Source: Ostrea edulis
Lineage: Eukaryota
DNA: 64,000 nt
Assembly (NCBI RefSeq): GCF_947568905.1
Contig: NC_079171.1
Coordinates: 25,172,001-25,236,000, forward strand
Direction: 5' to 3'
In this document: in pieces, positions 54,760-64,000 of the stretch
How the letters are laid out: each line of letters begins with the position of its first letter
How positions within the stretch are numbered: the stretch's first letter is position 1
Made by a program: the position numbers and the translations under genes
Notes under the pieces: generated by a model
Databases searched by the model: none
What the model was told of the DNA's origin: nothing
Seen by the model: the letters and a program-made list of their open reading frames with translations, nothing else

Positions 54760-54769
54760 AAAAAAAAAA
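54760..54769 (-). terminator. Pol III oligo-T terminator of tRNA-Ile
   Basis: T10 on the minus strand, 1 nt after the discriminator base. Confidence 0.8.
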
Positions 54770-54770
54770 G

Positions 54771-54844
54771 TGATCAGTGTGGGACTTGAACCCACGACTT
54801 TCGTGTTATTAGCACGACGCTCTAACCAACTGAGCCAACCGATC
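54771..54844 (-). tRNA. trnI-AAT: tRNA-Ile (anticodon AAT)
   Basis: GATCGGT TG GCTC AGTTGGTTA GAGC G TCGTG CTAATAA CACGA AAGTC GTGGG TTCAAGT CCCAC ACTGATC A. Full cloverleaf followed by a T10 Pol III terminator. Confidence 0.95.
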
Positions 54845-55018
54845 ATTGAGAAAATTACTACTAACAAATGTATATATCAGGTCATGTGTTTTTATTCGAT
54901 TGATTATATAACATATGCAAATTAAATACTATACAAATACACACACGGGTTTTCTTTATACTACAAAATATAAGACGACGATTCGGTTTTGTAAAATAAT
55001 ACTAGCAAGTTTTTTACA

Positions 55019-56857
55019 TCAAGCGTAACATCCTGACGTCTGAGTCTCACAGAGACGAATTGGCACTTGCGATTCGATCTTGGCTCTACACAGTGGACAC
55101 GTAGCGTATGGATTACCCATGTTACAATTGGTACAAGTAACCATGTGTCCACACGGTATAAATGCTATACAGCTGGGTGCAGACATACACACCGCACAAG
55201 TATACGATTGTAGCAAATTCTCGAGCTTGTCAATAGCTTGCTCTCTCGTATATTTCTTGTACTCCTCGTTTGCGAACATATTTGCTCGATTGGTGGATGG
55301 TAACTGTGCATATGGTAAAGTCTTGGGCGGCTCGGGTTTTGGCATTGGTAAACTTAACAATTCTTCGATGCTAGGAGGTTCGACCTCGTCTATTTCGAAA
55401 TCTTTGACTTCGGTACCAGATATTCCCGGTTTATCATCGATTCCTATCGATTCTTGACATTCGCACAATGTAGGCTTCCTAACGCACCTCGCTGTTAAAC
55501 GTGCCTCGAGATCTTCTCGTGTGATATTGAGCACCATCGATAACATCCCATCCCGGTTTAAACCATCGGCTGATATCTTATAAAATAACTCATTCACGAT
55601 TTCGGTAATGGTGAACTTTCCTATCAGTGCTAATAATTCCGGCCTACGTTCCAAGCTGCGAAATATGAGCGATTTAACTGCCATATCGTCTTGAGAACAG
55701 GATTTCAGATCTAAAATGTTCTCAAGAACAGACCGTTTGAAATTTAGATCGAAAGTCTTCGCTAATGCATCCTTGTAGAAGTGGTACAGGATGGACTTCA
55801 TTTGTGGTTTATTCAACTTCGTTCTAATGTATCCACAGCCATTAGACCATTTTACATGTTCGTGATACGGATCATCGTCTTCTGTCCAGTTTTCCCCACA
55901 TAATCCGCAAAAGAAACAATAACAGCTATCAATGGCATCACCATCTTCAATATCTTCAGTACCTTTAGGTAATCTATAAAATCCAGCCATGGCAAAAGCT
56001 TCGGCATTTTTCGTCAGAAATGGGGTTGCATTATCATTAAACGTCGCCAATCTGTTAGTGACTATACACAAATCCTTTCTGCCAGTCTTTACACACATCG
56101 CCTTATCTGCAGCTGCGATATATCCATTAGCTTCGACATAAGTCTTGTTCACATACCACCAAATTTTTCGACGAATCATCGTCTCTAACTCGCCAGCAAC
56201 AATTTTGCTATTAAACAATATCCAATCTAACAGTCGCGTCGTATCATCGCAATAGATGGGTCGTTCGCTCAAGATTAACGGTGGGAACTGAGCCCTGTGG
56301 TCTACGTTAAGATTCACCGAATCATACAACCACGCTACAGAATTGCGGATGTGCTTAATAAAATTGCGTGGATATGGAAACTCGCGGTCCCAACTTCCGT
56401 CATCTACTAATCTATTGTACAGCATTGACTGTTTCTCCCTAATCAACACACATTCGGCTATGGTAGCCTCGCATCCACTATCTGATCTTATGTCGTACTT
56501 CATCCACTTACAATCTGGACTCAATCGATTATGAATTTCTACTGGATCGTCTCTCTTGCACCAATATCCCTTCTCCAGCATGCAGTAAAAACATTTTACC
56601 AAATCCCTCGGTTGGTCTCTAGCGAAATTTTCAGTGCTGCGATAAAATCCAGCCATCGCAAGTCGTGCCCATCCGGGCGTATTACATTCAATAAATTTAT
56701 CTCCATTAAGTGACAGCATTCTATCATAACACTTCTGCATGTGAATTCCTCCGTGAATGTTTTTCATATTGTTTTCCATTATCGGTATATATATATATAT
56801 TAACAGCCGAATTTGACGATGTATAAAAACGTTCGATATTTTAAAAGAACCAATCAA
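55019..56857 (-). CDS. iap: IAP array gene 1: 2 BIR + RING (likely start 56779)
   Basis: Two CX2CX16HX6C BIRs; RING CAVC..PCGH..C..C..CPLC. Confidence 0.92.
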   Translation of the reverse strand: MIGSFKISNVFIHRQIRLLIYIYIPIMENNMKNIHGGIHMQKCYDRMLSLNGDKFIECNTPGWARLAMAGFYRSTENFARDQPRDLVKCFYCMLEKGYWCKRDDPVEIHNRLSPDCKWMKYDIRSDSGCEATIAECVLIREKQSMLYNRLVDDGSWDREFPYPRNFIKHIRNSVAWLYDSVNLNVDHRAQFPPLILSERPIYCDDTTRLLDWILFNSKIVAGELETMIRRKIWWYVNKTYVEANGYIAAADKAMCVKTGRKDLCIVTNRLATFNDNATPFLTKNAEAFAMAGFYRLPKGTEDIEDGDAIDSCYCFFCGLCGENWTEDDDPYHEHVKWSNGCGYIRTKLNKPQMKSILYHFYKDALAKTFDLNFKRSVLENILDLKSCSQDDMAVKSLIFRSLERRPELLALIGKFTITEIVNELFYKISADGLNRDGMLSMVLNITREDLEARLTARCVRKPTLCECQESIGIDDKPGISGTEVKDFEIDEVEPPSIEELLSLPMPKPEPPKTLPYAQLPSTNRANMFANEEYKKYTREQAIDKLENLLQSYTCAVCMSAPSCIAFIPCGHMVTCTNCNMGNPYATCPLCRAKIESQVPIRLCETQTSGCYA

Positions 56858-57012
56858 GAATATTTGAGTTCAATGCTAATAATTTATTTTGCACATATGT
56901 CAAGTTAAACAATATACAACATATTAAAAATATACATCAATGATAACTACGTAGTCTGAGTATGAGTAAGAACATTGGGTCATTTTGTAACACGATATCA
57001 GCAAGTTTCACA

Positions 57013-58761
57013 TCAATTGTCCCATCCCAACATCTGAGTATCACAGAGACGAACTGATACTTGTGTGGAAATTTTGGTATTGCACAGTGGGCACACAGCG
57101 TATGGATCGTCCATGTTACAACTGTCACAAGTAACCATGTGTCTACACGGTACAAATACCACACAGCTGGGCGCAGACATGCATATCGTACAAGTATACG
57201 ATTTCATCAAATTCTCGAGCATTTCGACAGCTTGCTCTTGTGTATATAGCTTGTATGTATCGTTTGCGAACATATTTGCTCGAGCGGTGCATGGTAATTG
57301 TGCATATGGTAAAATCTTGGGTGGTTCGGGTTCTGGTATTGGTGCACTTAGAAACTCTAGGATGGTAGGAGGACGAGCGTCTGAGTTCACATAAGGAAGT
57401 TTGATTTGAGTACCAGATTCGTTTAGTTCATCGAACTCTATTGTCGGTCTCGATTCTGGACATTCGCACGACATATGAAGACCATCGCGTCTCAGGAGTA
57501 AAAGTGTTATAAGTTCAACTCGTGTCGTGTTGCGCAATTTCGCACTCCGGTATATATCAGCATCATCATCGGTTGGGTGCATATGAAAAATCTCATTCAC
57601 AATTTCGGTAACTGTGAAAAACTGCAGCATTTTTACTAAATCCGGTCTTTTATCAAGATTGTCCAATATGCACAATTTAACTACAGTTTCGTTTTGAGAA
57701 CTAGATTGGTTATCTAGAATGGTCTCAAGAACATGCCGTCTGAAAGATTGATCGACGGTCCCCATAATCCCGGTCTTGTAGTAGTGGTACAAGATAGATC
57801 TGATTTGGTTCCTATTCATCTTCGCTCTAATGTGTCCACAATTGTTAGACCTTATCGCATGTACGTGATACGGATCATCGTCTTCTTTCCAGCTCTCCAC
57901 ATTAACTCCGCAAAAAAAACATCTGCAGTATTCAGTATCGGGATACAGTTTATCTCGGTAAAATCCGGCCCTAGCTACAGCTTCGGCATTTCTCTTCAGG
58001 TATGGGCTTGAACCATCATTAAATGACATGATTCTGTTAGCAAGTACACACATTTCTTCGTCTCCATTCTTTCTACACACAGCCTTATCTGAAGCTGCGA
58101 CGAAACCATTATCTTCAACATAAGTCTCGTTGACATGCCACCAAACCCGTCGGTGCGTAAGCATATCGAACACTTCAGTAAAGATGTCGCTATGGTCTAA
58201 TGTCCAATCTAACAGTCGTATTAGATCGTCACGATCGATGGGTTGTTCACTCAATATTAACGGTACAAGCTGAGGCCGATCATTTTGATCAAAATCTGGA
58301 CCGTACGACCACGCTACAGAATTGCGGATGTATGTCATAAAATATTGTGGATATGGATAGACGCAACGCCGCATTCCCTCATGTATACATCTATCGTATA
58401 TCAGCGATTGTTTCTCCCTAATCAACTCGCATTCGGCTATGGTCGCTACGCATCCATCATCGTCTGAAGTTATGTTGTACTTCCTCCACTGACAATTTGG
58501 GCTCAATCGCAAATAGACCTCTACTGGATCATCTGTCTTGCGCCAATGCCCCTTCTCCATCATGCAGTAAAAACACTTTAGCAAATCGTCCGGTTGATCC
58601 TTAGCGAAATTTTTAGTGCTGCGATAAAATCCAGCGCCCGCAAGTCGTACCCATCCGGATTCATCGGGACCAACGATTCTAGCGTTAAGAAGCGACTTCA
58701 TTCTATCCACTCCTCTCTGCATATGGATTCCTCCGCGAACATTTTGCATATTGTTATACAT
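57013..58761 (-). CDS. iap: IAP array gene 2: BIR1 (His to Tyr), BIR2, RING
   Basis: DPVEVYLRLSPNC at the zinc-ligand His position. Confidence 0.92.
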   Translation of the reverse strand: MYNNMQNVRGGIHMQRGVDRMKSLLNARIVGPDESGWVRLAGAGFYRSTKNFAKDQPDDLLKCFYCMMEKGHWRKTDDPVEVYLRLSPNCQWRKYNITSDDDGCVATIAECELIREKQSLIYDRCIHEGMRRCVYPYPQYFMTYIRNSVAWSYGPDFDQNDRPQLVPLILSEQPIDRDDLIRLLDWTLDHSDIFTEVFDMLTHRRVWWHVNETYVEDNGFVAASDKAVCRKNGDEEMCVLANRIMSFNDGSSPYLKRNAEAVARAGFYRDKLYPDTEYCRCFFCGVNVESWKEDDDPYHVHAIRSNNCGHIRAKMNRNQIRSILYHYYKTGIMGTVDQSFRRHVLETILDNQSSSQNETVVKLCILDNLDKRPDLVKMLQFFTVTEIVNEIFHMHPTDDDADIYRSAKLRNTTRVELITLLLLRRDGLHMSCECPESRPTIEFDELNESGTQIKLPYVNSDARPPTILEFLSAPIPEPEPPKILPYAQLPCTARANMFANDTYKLYTQEQAVEMLENLMKSYTCTICMSAPSCVVFVPCRHMVTCDSCNMDDPYAVCPLCNTKISTQVSVRLCDTQMLGWDN

Positions 58762-59055
58762 TATCGCTTGTATATATTTAACAGCTGACTTGGTGAGGTA
58801 TGATGTCGAAGGTTGATATGACTATATAAGCTATACTGTGAGTTTATATACCAATCGATCCGAATGATATGTCGAACACGTTCGATCTTTGCAAGCACCA
58901 ATCAAAATGTTGAAGTTAATGATAATAATTTATTTTGAACATGTCAAGTTAAACAATATATACAACATATTAAAAAAATATACATCAATGATAACCACGT
59001 AGTATGGTTAAGAACCTTGGGTCATTTTGTAACATAATACTAGCAAGGTTTCACA

Positions 59056-61071
59056 TCAAGCGTCACATCCTAACATCTGAGTCTCACAGAGACGAACTGG
59101 CACTTGGGTGGTGATTTTGGTTCTACACAGTGGACACTTAGCGTATGGATTGCCCATGTTACAATTGTTACAAGTGACCATGTGTCCACACGGCATAAAT
59201 ACTATACAGCTGCAGGGCCGTAACTGCCGATGAGGCAGACGAGGCAACTGCCTCGTCTGATTTTTTGGCAAAAAAGAAAATAAAATTATATAAATGTTAT
59301 ATTATAGGATATATGTTTAAAATGAAGACAAGCACCTTTGTCTTTGACACCATATTACGATTCTTTACATAGTACAAATGAAACACAAACATGATAAATT
59401 GGGATTTAAAAAGTGTCATTTTCAGTCGTAAAGTCAATCGGCGGCCCCCAATCCCCTGCCTCCCCTGATTTAGAACCCTACTTACGGCCCTGAGCTGGGT
59501 GCAGACATACACACCGCACAAGTATAAGATTGTAGCAAATTCTCGAGCTTTTCAATAGCTTGCTCTCTCGTATAGTCCTTGTACTCCTCGTTTGCGAACA
59601 TATTTGCTCGAGCGGTGGATGGTAATTGTGCATACGGTAAAATCTTGGGTGGCTCGGGTTCTGGTATTGGTGCACTTAGAAATTCTAGGATGGTAGGAGC
59701 AACGTGCGTGCCCACATGAGGAAGTTTGACTTGAGTACCAGATTCGTTTGGTCTATTATCGAACCCTATTACCGATCTCGCTTTTTGACATTCGCACAAT
59801 ATATGGAGGCTATTGCGTCTCAAGACTAAACGTGTCTCAAGTTGGTCTCGTGTCGTTTTGCGTATCATCTCATTCCGGCACGCACCATCGGCTGGGTGCA
59901 TATAAAAAATCTCATTCACAATTTCAGTAATGGTGAAATTTTTCATCAGTTCTAACAAGTCCGATCTACCCTCCAAATTGCGCAATATGGTCAATTTAAC
60001 TATCGTGTCGCTTTGAGAACTAGAATTGTGATCTAGAATGGTCTCAAGAACATACCGTCTGTGATTCTGGTCGATGGTTCCCATAATCTCGGTCTTGTAG
60101 TGGTGGTACAAGATGGATCTGATTTGTACTTTGTTCATCTTCGTTCTAATGTATCCACAAGCATTAGACCATTTCACATGTTCGTGATACGGATCATCGT
60201 CTTCTTCCCAGCTCTCCACATTAACTCCGCAAAAAAAACATCTGCAGCGGTCGATATCACCAGGCACTTTATGTCGGTAAAATCCAGCCCTAGCCAAATA
60301 TTCGGCGTTTCTCTTCAGATATGGGGTTGAGTCATCATTAAACGACACCGCTCTGTTATGGACTATACACATTTCGTCTTCACCACTCCGTCTACACACC
60401 GCCTTATCTGAAGGTACGATAAATCCATTAGCTTCGACATAAGTCTTGTCGACATGCCACCAAATTCGTCGGCGCATGAGCATATCGAACTCGTTAGTAA
60501 AGATATCGCTGTGCTCCAATGTCCAATCTAACAGTCGTATTAGATCGTCACGATCGATGGGTTGTTCACTCAATATTAACGGTACAAGCTGAGGCCGAGC
60601 ATTTTGATCAAAATCCGGACCGTACGCCCACGATGCATAAGAATGGATACATTCCATAAAATATTGTGAATTTGGATAACCGAATTCCTGTGTTCCTACA
60701 CATCTAGCATGTATCAGTGATTGTTTCTCCCTAATCAACTCACATTCGGCTAAGGTCGCTATGCATCCATCATCGTCTGAAATTATGTCGTACTTCTTCC
60801 ACTGACAATTTGGGCTCAATCGCATATGAACCTCTACTGGATCGTCTGTCTCGCACCAATACCCCTTCTCCATCATGCAGTAGAAACACTTCACCAGACC
60901 TTTCGGTTGGGACTTAGCGAAATATTTAGTGCTGTGATAAAATCCAGCCCTCGCAAGTCGTGCCCATCCGGGCGTATTGGCAATCGATTTATCTTCAATA
61001 AGTGACAGCAGTCTATCAGAATACCTTTGCATATGAATTCCTCCGCGAACATCTTGCCTATTGTTATACAT
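59056..61071 (-). pseudogene. iap: IAP array gene 3 with RING split by a MITE
   Basis: ...YTCAVCMSAPS|insert|CIVFMPCGHMVTCNNC...CPLC. Confidence 0.9.
59213..59492. mobile_element. 280-bp MITE with 11-bp TIR and 5-bp TSD
   Basis: AGCTG|CAGGGCCGTAA...TTACGGCCCTG|AGCTG. Internal hairpin CAGACGAGGCA-AC-TGCCTCGTCTG. Empty site seen in the paralogue near 55170. Confidence 0.9.
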
Positions 61072-61306
61072 TATCGCTGTATATATTTAACAGCTGACTT
61101 GATGATGTATTATGTTGAAGGTTGATATGACTATGAACTATATTGTGAGTTTACATATCAATCGATTCGAGCGATATGTCGAACACGTTCGATCTTTGTA
61201 AAGTACCAATCAATATGTTTGAAGTTGATTATAACAATTTATTTTGCACATATGTCAAGTTTAAAAAAATACATACAACATACTAAAACATATACATCAA
61301 TGTTAA

Positions 61307-62827
61307 TCACATAGAGTAACTAAGAACCTTGGGTGGTTCCAACTCTGGCACAAGTCCAGTTAAGAATTCGGGACCAGTATATGCCTCTAACTCGGGGTGT
61401 ACAATCCTGTTGCTGAAATGCGGTCTACCGTCTTGCAAGGTTGGCGTTTCGGCATCTTGACATACGCATTTAGAAGAACTGCATCTTTTGCAGACACCAT
61501 CTCGATTCGCCAAACGATTTAATAGAATACAGTGCGAAATATTGTATACTCGTATATCTATATCTACAAGCTTGCGCATCTCGTCCACCACGTCCGATAC
61601 TGAAAACCTCTCTAACAGTGGATGTAAGGACGTCATTCTCAGCAATTCTGCAGTCAATCGTTCTTTAGTTTGCGGCGATCTTGCTGCGGATCCGTATAAC
61701 TCTTCAATGTAATCCTGCACGATCGCATGGTCTCGGAATGTCAATCCTAGAATGCTCTCGATGATCGAGCGTCTTTCGTCTTGTGTGACAGATCCCATAA
61801 CGTTATCCTTGTAGTAGTGATACAAGATAGATTTGATCTGAGGCGTTGTAAGTTTCGATCTGATGTGTCCACAAGCGTTAGAACGTATCGCATGTTCGCG
61901 ATAAGGATCGGATTTTTCGTCCTCCCAATTCAACACATTGACCCCACAAAAAAAGCATTTTATCTCACACTCTTCGATATTACTATGTGGTTGATCACAG
62001 TAAAATCCAGCCTTGGCCCATTTTTCATTGTAACCTAGTTTATTTGCGACACTACTCAAGGGTTTAAACGATCTCGTCCTGGTCGGACACGAGATCATTT
62101 TGAACATGTTGTTTTTTTCGCAATCTGGGTTTGTAGCTGCAACGATCCTATAATTATCAACAAATGTTTTGTTCACCAACCACCAAATTCGTCGACGCAT
62201 AACATCATCGAACTTGCGAGCAACCGGGGCGACATTCGCAAACGCCCAGTCTAACATTCGTATGTGATCTTCGTACGCAACTGTCCGTTCGCTCAAAATC
62301 AATGGCGGAAATTGGGGTAGATCCTTTGGGGCGACTTCTGGGCCGTACATCCACGATATAGAATCTACTATAGACGATATGTACATGCGTAGTCCAAATT
62401 TATTATCTTCGTTCATACACCTGCTGCGCATTAGCGCGATTTTATCCCTAAGCATCAAGCACTCCATTGCGGATGCGGCACATTCTTCAGATTGTGTAGG
62501 TATATTATATTTCTTGAACTGACAATTTGGATTCATGCGCAAGTGAATCTCTCTTGGATCGTCATCCTTTGACCAATTACCCTTCTCTAGCTGGCAGTAG
62601 AAACACTTTAGTAAGTCGTCGGGCTCATTGTAGGTGAGATTTTCAGAGCTACGATAAAATCCAGCATTCGCAAGCTTTACCAGGTCCGGTTTATTCTCGC
62701 CTACAATATTATCGTACATCGTGTGCAAAGCGCCACTGTTCATCATCGATAGCATTCTATCAACCACCCGTTGCATGTGAATTTTTACGGGACACCCTCC
62801 GTTAACATCGCTCATGTTGTTAGCCAT
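61307..62827 (-). CDS. iap: IAP array gene 4: 2 BIR, RING deleted
   Basis: Two BIRs; ends at EPPKVLSYSM*. Confidence 0.85.
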   Translation of the reverse strand: MANNMSDVNGGCPVKIHMQRVVDRMLSMMNSGALHTMYDNIVGENKPDLVKLANAGFYRSSENLTYNEPDDLLKCFYCQLEKGNWSKDDDPREIHLRMNPNCQFKKYNIPTQSEECAASAMECLMLRDKIALMRSRCMNEDNKFGLRMYISSIVDSISWMYGPEVAPKDLPQFPPLILSERTVAYEDHIRMLDWAFANVAPVARKFDDVMRRRIWWLVNKTFVDNYRIVAATNPDCEKNNMFKMISCPTRTRSFKPLSSVANKLGYNEKWAKAGFYCDQPHSNIEECEIKCFFCGVNVLNWEDEKSDPYREHAIRSNACGHIRSKLTTPQIKSILYHYYKDNVMGSVTQDERRSIIESILGLTFRDHAIVQDYIEELYGSAARSPQTKERLTAELLRMTSLHPLLERFSVSDVVDEMRKLVDIDIRVYNISHCILLNRLANRDGVCKRCSSSKCVCQDAETPTLQDGRPHFSNRIVHPELEAYTGPEFLTGLVPELEPPKVLSYSM

Positions 62828-63006
62828 AGTCGAAATACTTTTTATGACTTTGATGGTACACTTATTTCATTATAAATAGCATAAATATCGAACGTGTTCG
62901 ATTACAATAATGACTTTAAGATAGTATTATAATTATATCATCAAATTTATTACAATGAATGTGTTAAATACATATATATACGATAGTACAAATGCCAACA
63001 ACAATT

Positions 63007-63468
63007 TTAGTCTATCATGCGAAGCTTGCCACCGGATATGTGTAATGGTTCATCATCAGTATCGTCATCTTCATCAACTTCTTCCATTAAGCGAATTTTA
63101 CCACCTGATAAATATAACGGTTCGTCATCCGAATCGTCATCTTCGTCAATTTCATCCATTAAGCGAAGCTTACCATCGGATAACTGCGATGTATCACTAT
63201 CTACATCGTCATCCTCGTCAATTTCTTCAAGTCTTAGCGCCATGCGCTGCTCATCATATTTACGCAACTCTTCCTTCAATAGTAGCAGTTCATGATGTGT
63301 GTCCTCAGCGAGATTCGCTTGCTCCGCCATTCTCTCTTTTTTTGTACACCACATTGCAAATGTTACTACACATCGACCAAGTAGTGACGATTCGGCCCAG
63401 CGTATAAGAGCTATCGTTATCGATAGACTCAAATATGTCAGATCTGGTGTTTCTTGGTGAGACTTCAT
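63007..63468 (-). CDS. 153-aa acidic protein with ~24-aa repeats
   Basis: RLM(D/E)E(I/V)DEDDD..DEPL..SGGK repeats; palindrome at about 63580. Confidence 0.7.
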   Translation of the reverse strand: MKSHQETPDLTYLSLSITIALIRWAESSLLGRCVVTFAMWCTKKERMAEQANLAEDTHHELLLLKEELRKYDEQRMALRLEEIDEDDDVDSDTSQLSDGKLRLMDEIDEDDDSDDEPLYLSGGKIRLMEEVDEDDDTDDEPLHISGGKLRMID

Positions 63469-63828
63469 TTTAACAGACGTTTGTAATAATATATTTTATA
63501 TATGTATTACTACCGTATTGGTATATTGGAATTATTCGAAGTTTTTAACCGGTTTATACCAAACACTGTAATATATAAATCCAACGTGTTCGAGGTTACC
63601 CATATTGGGTCAATTGTGATATTATATCCACAATATATACCATAAAGACAGATTTAAATTTGTCGATACTTATATTTGGTTTGATAAATAGACATGAAAA
63701 AAATGCACATGTGAACATACATATATAAAATTACAATTTTGGTTACAATCCATAATGTTTTCATAAATGTTCTTTCACGAAATCCAGAATGCCCCAATGT
63801 TCATCAGCTCGGTATATAATCGATCACT

Positions 63829-64000
63829 CTATCTAAAATGTAGAAATTTGGGCACTTTCTCGTGTCTAACAGTGAAGACTCTCTTCTTGGACTTGACTTT
63901 ATCACCAGCCTTAGCCATCTTCAATGGGGATCGGATATTTTCCTTCCCAGGATGTTCGATGTTGTCAAAATCCAGTCTTCTGCGGGTAGCCCTCCTCCTG
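63829..64000 (-). CDS. 3' end of an ORF entering from the right
   Basis: Hand translation RRRATRRRLDFDNIEHPGKENIRSPLKM...FLHFR*. Confidence 0.55.
   Translation of the reverse strand, partial: RRRATRRRLDFDNIEHPGKENIRSPLKMAKAGDKVKSKKRVFTVRHEKVPKFLHFR

Larger units (their letters stand above)
2250..64000. mobile_element. Endogenous large dsDNA virus-like element (left junction approximate, right end outside window)
   Basis: Dense intronless ORFs, multiple BIR/RING genes and AATAAA signals after stops (e.g. 15026, 23369). Shared promoter palindrome, origin-like repeats, host TE insertions and a host flank on the left. Confidence 0.85.

Noticed and set aside
6820-63407. Many antisense or overlapping ORFs in the track (e.g. 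16294-16683, 17488-18003, 35600-36382, 37037-37630, 62955-63407)
   Set aside because: Shadow ORFs opposite acidic genes, with no promoter motif or domain.
2250-64000. Core viral genes (DNA polymerase, terminase, capsid, PIFs) or an integrase
   Set aside because: No recognisable motifs in any ORF here, so the family was not assigned.

Overview
About 2.2 kb of animal host DNA (5' end of a BEL/Pao LTR retrotransposon plus a SINE fragment resembling oyster/bivalve SINEs) is joined to about 62 kb of gene-dense, intronless, eukaryotic large-dsDNA-virus-like sequence that runs off the right edge. Two host DNA transposons are inserted into viral genes (TTAA-flanked 1.56 kb element; 280 bp MITE), so this is an endogenous viral element. 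No core gene (DNA polymerase, terminase, capsid) lies in the window, so the family cannot be assigned; herpesvirus-like and Naldaviricetes-like origins are both open. Content: an IAP/BIR/RING expansion, an intact tRNA-Ile(AAT), a near-identical 9.6 kb inverted duplication (7271-16894 / 44130-53747), and an older diverged duplication (about 2.7-7.3 kb vs 32.5-35.9 kb). A palindrome TCGAACNYGTTCGA sits upstream of about 20 genes, and there is a 2.1 kb non-coding control region. Best candidate for a new system: a CRESS-virus Rep gene apparently split into a catalytically dead HUH-like gene and a P-loop SF3 gene, with degenerate SF3 paralogues, interleaved with a 16-copy origin-like repeat whose palindromic cores occur in flip and flop orientations. 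All homology calls come from motif reading by eye, not database searches.
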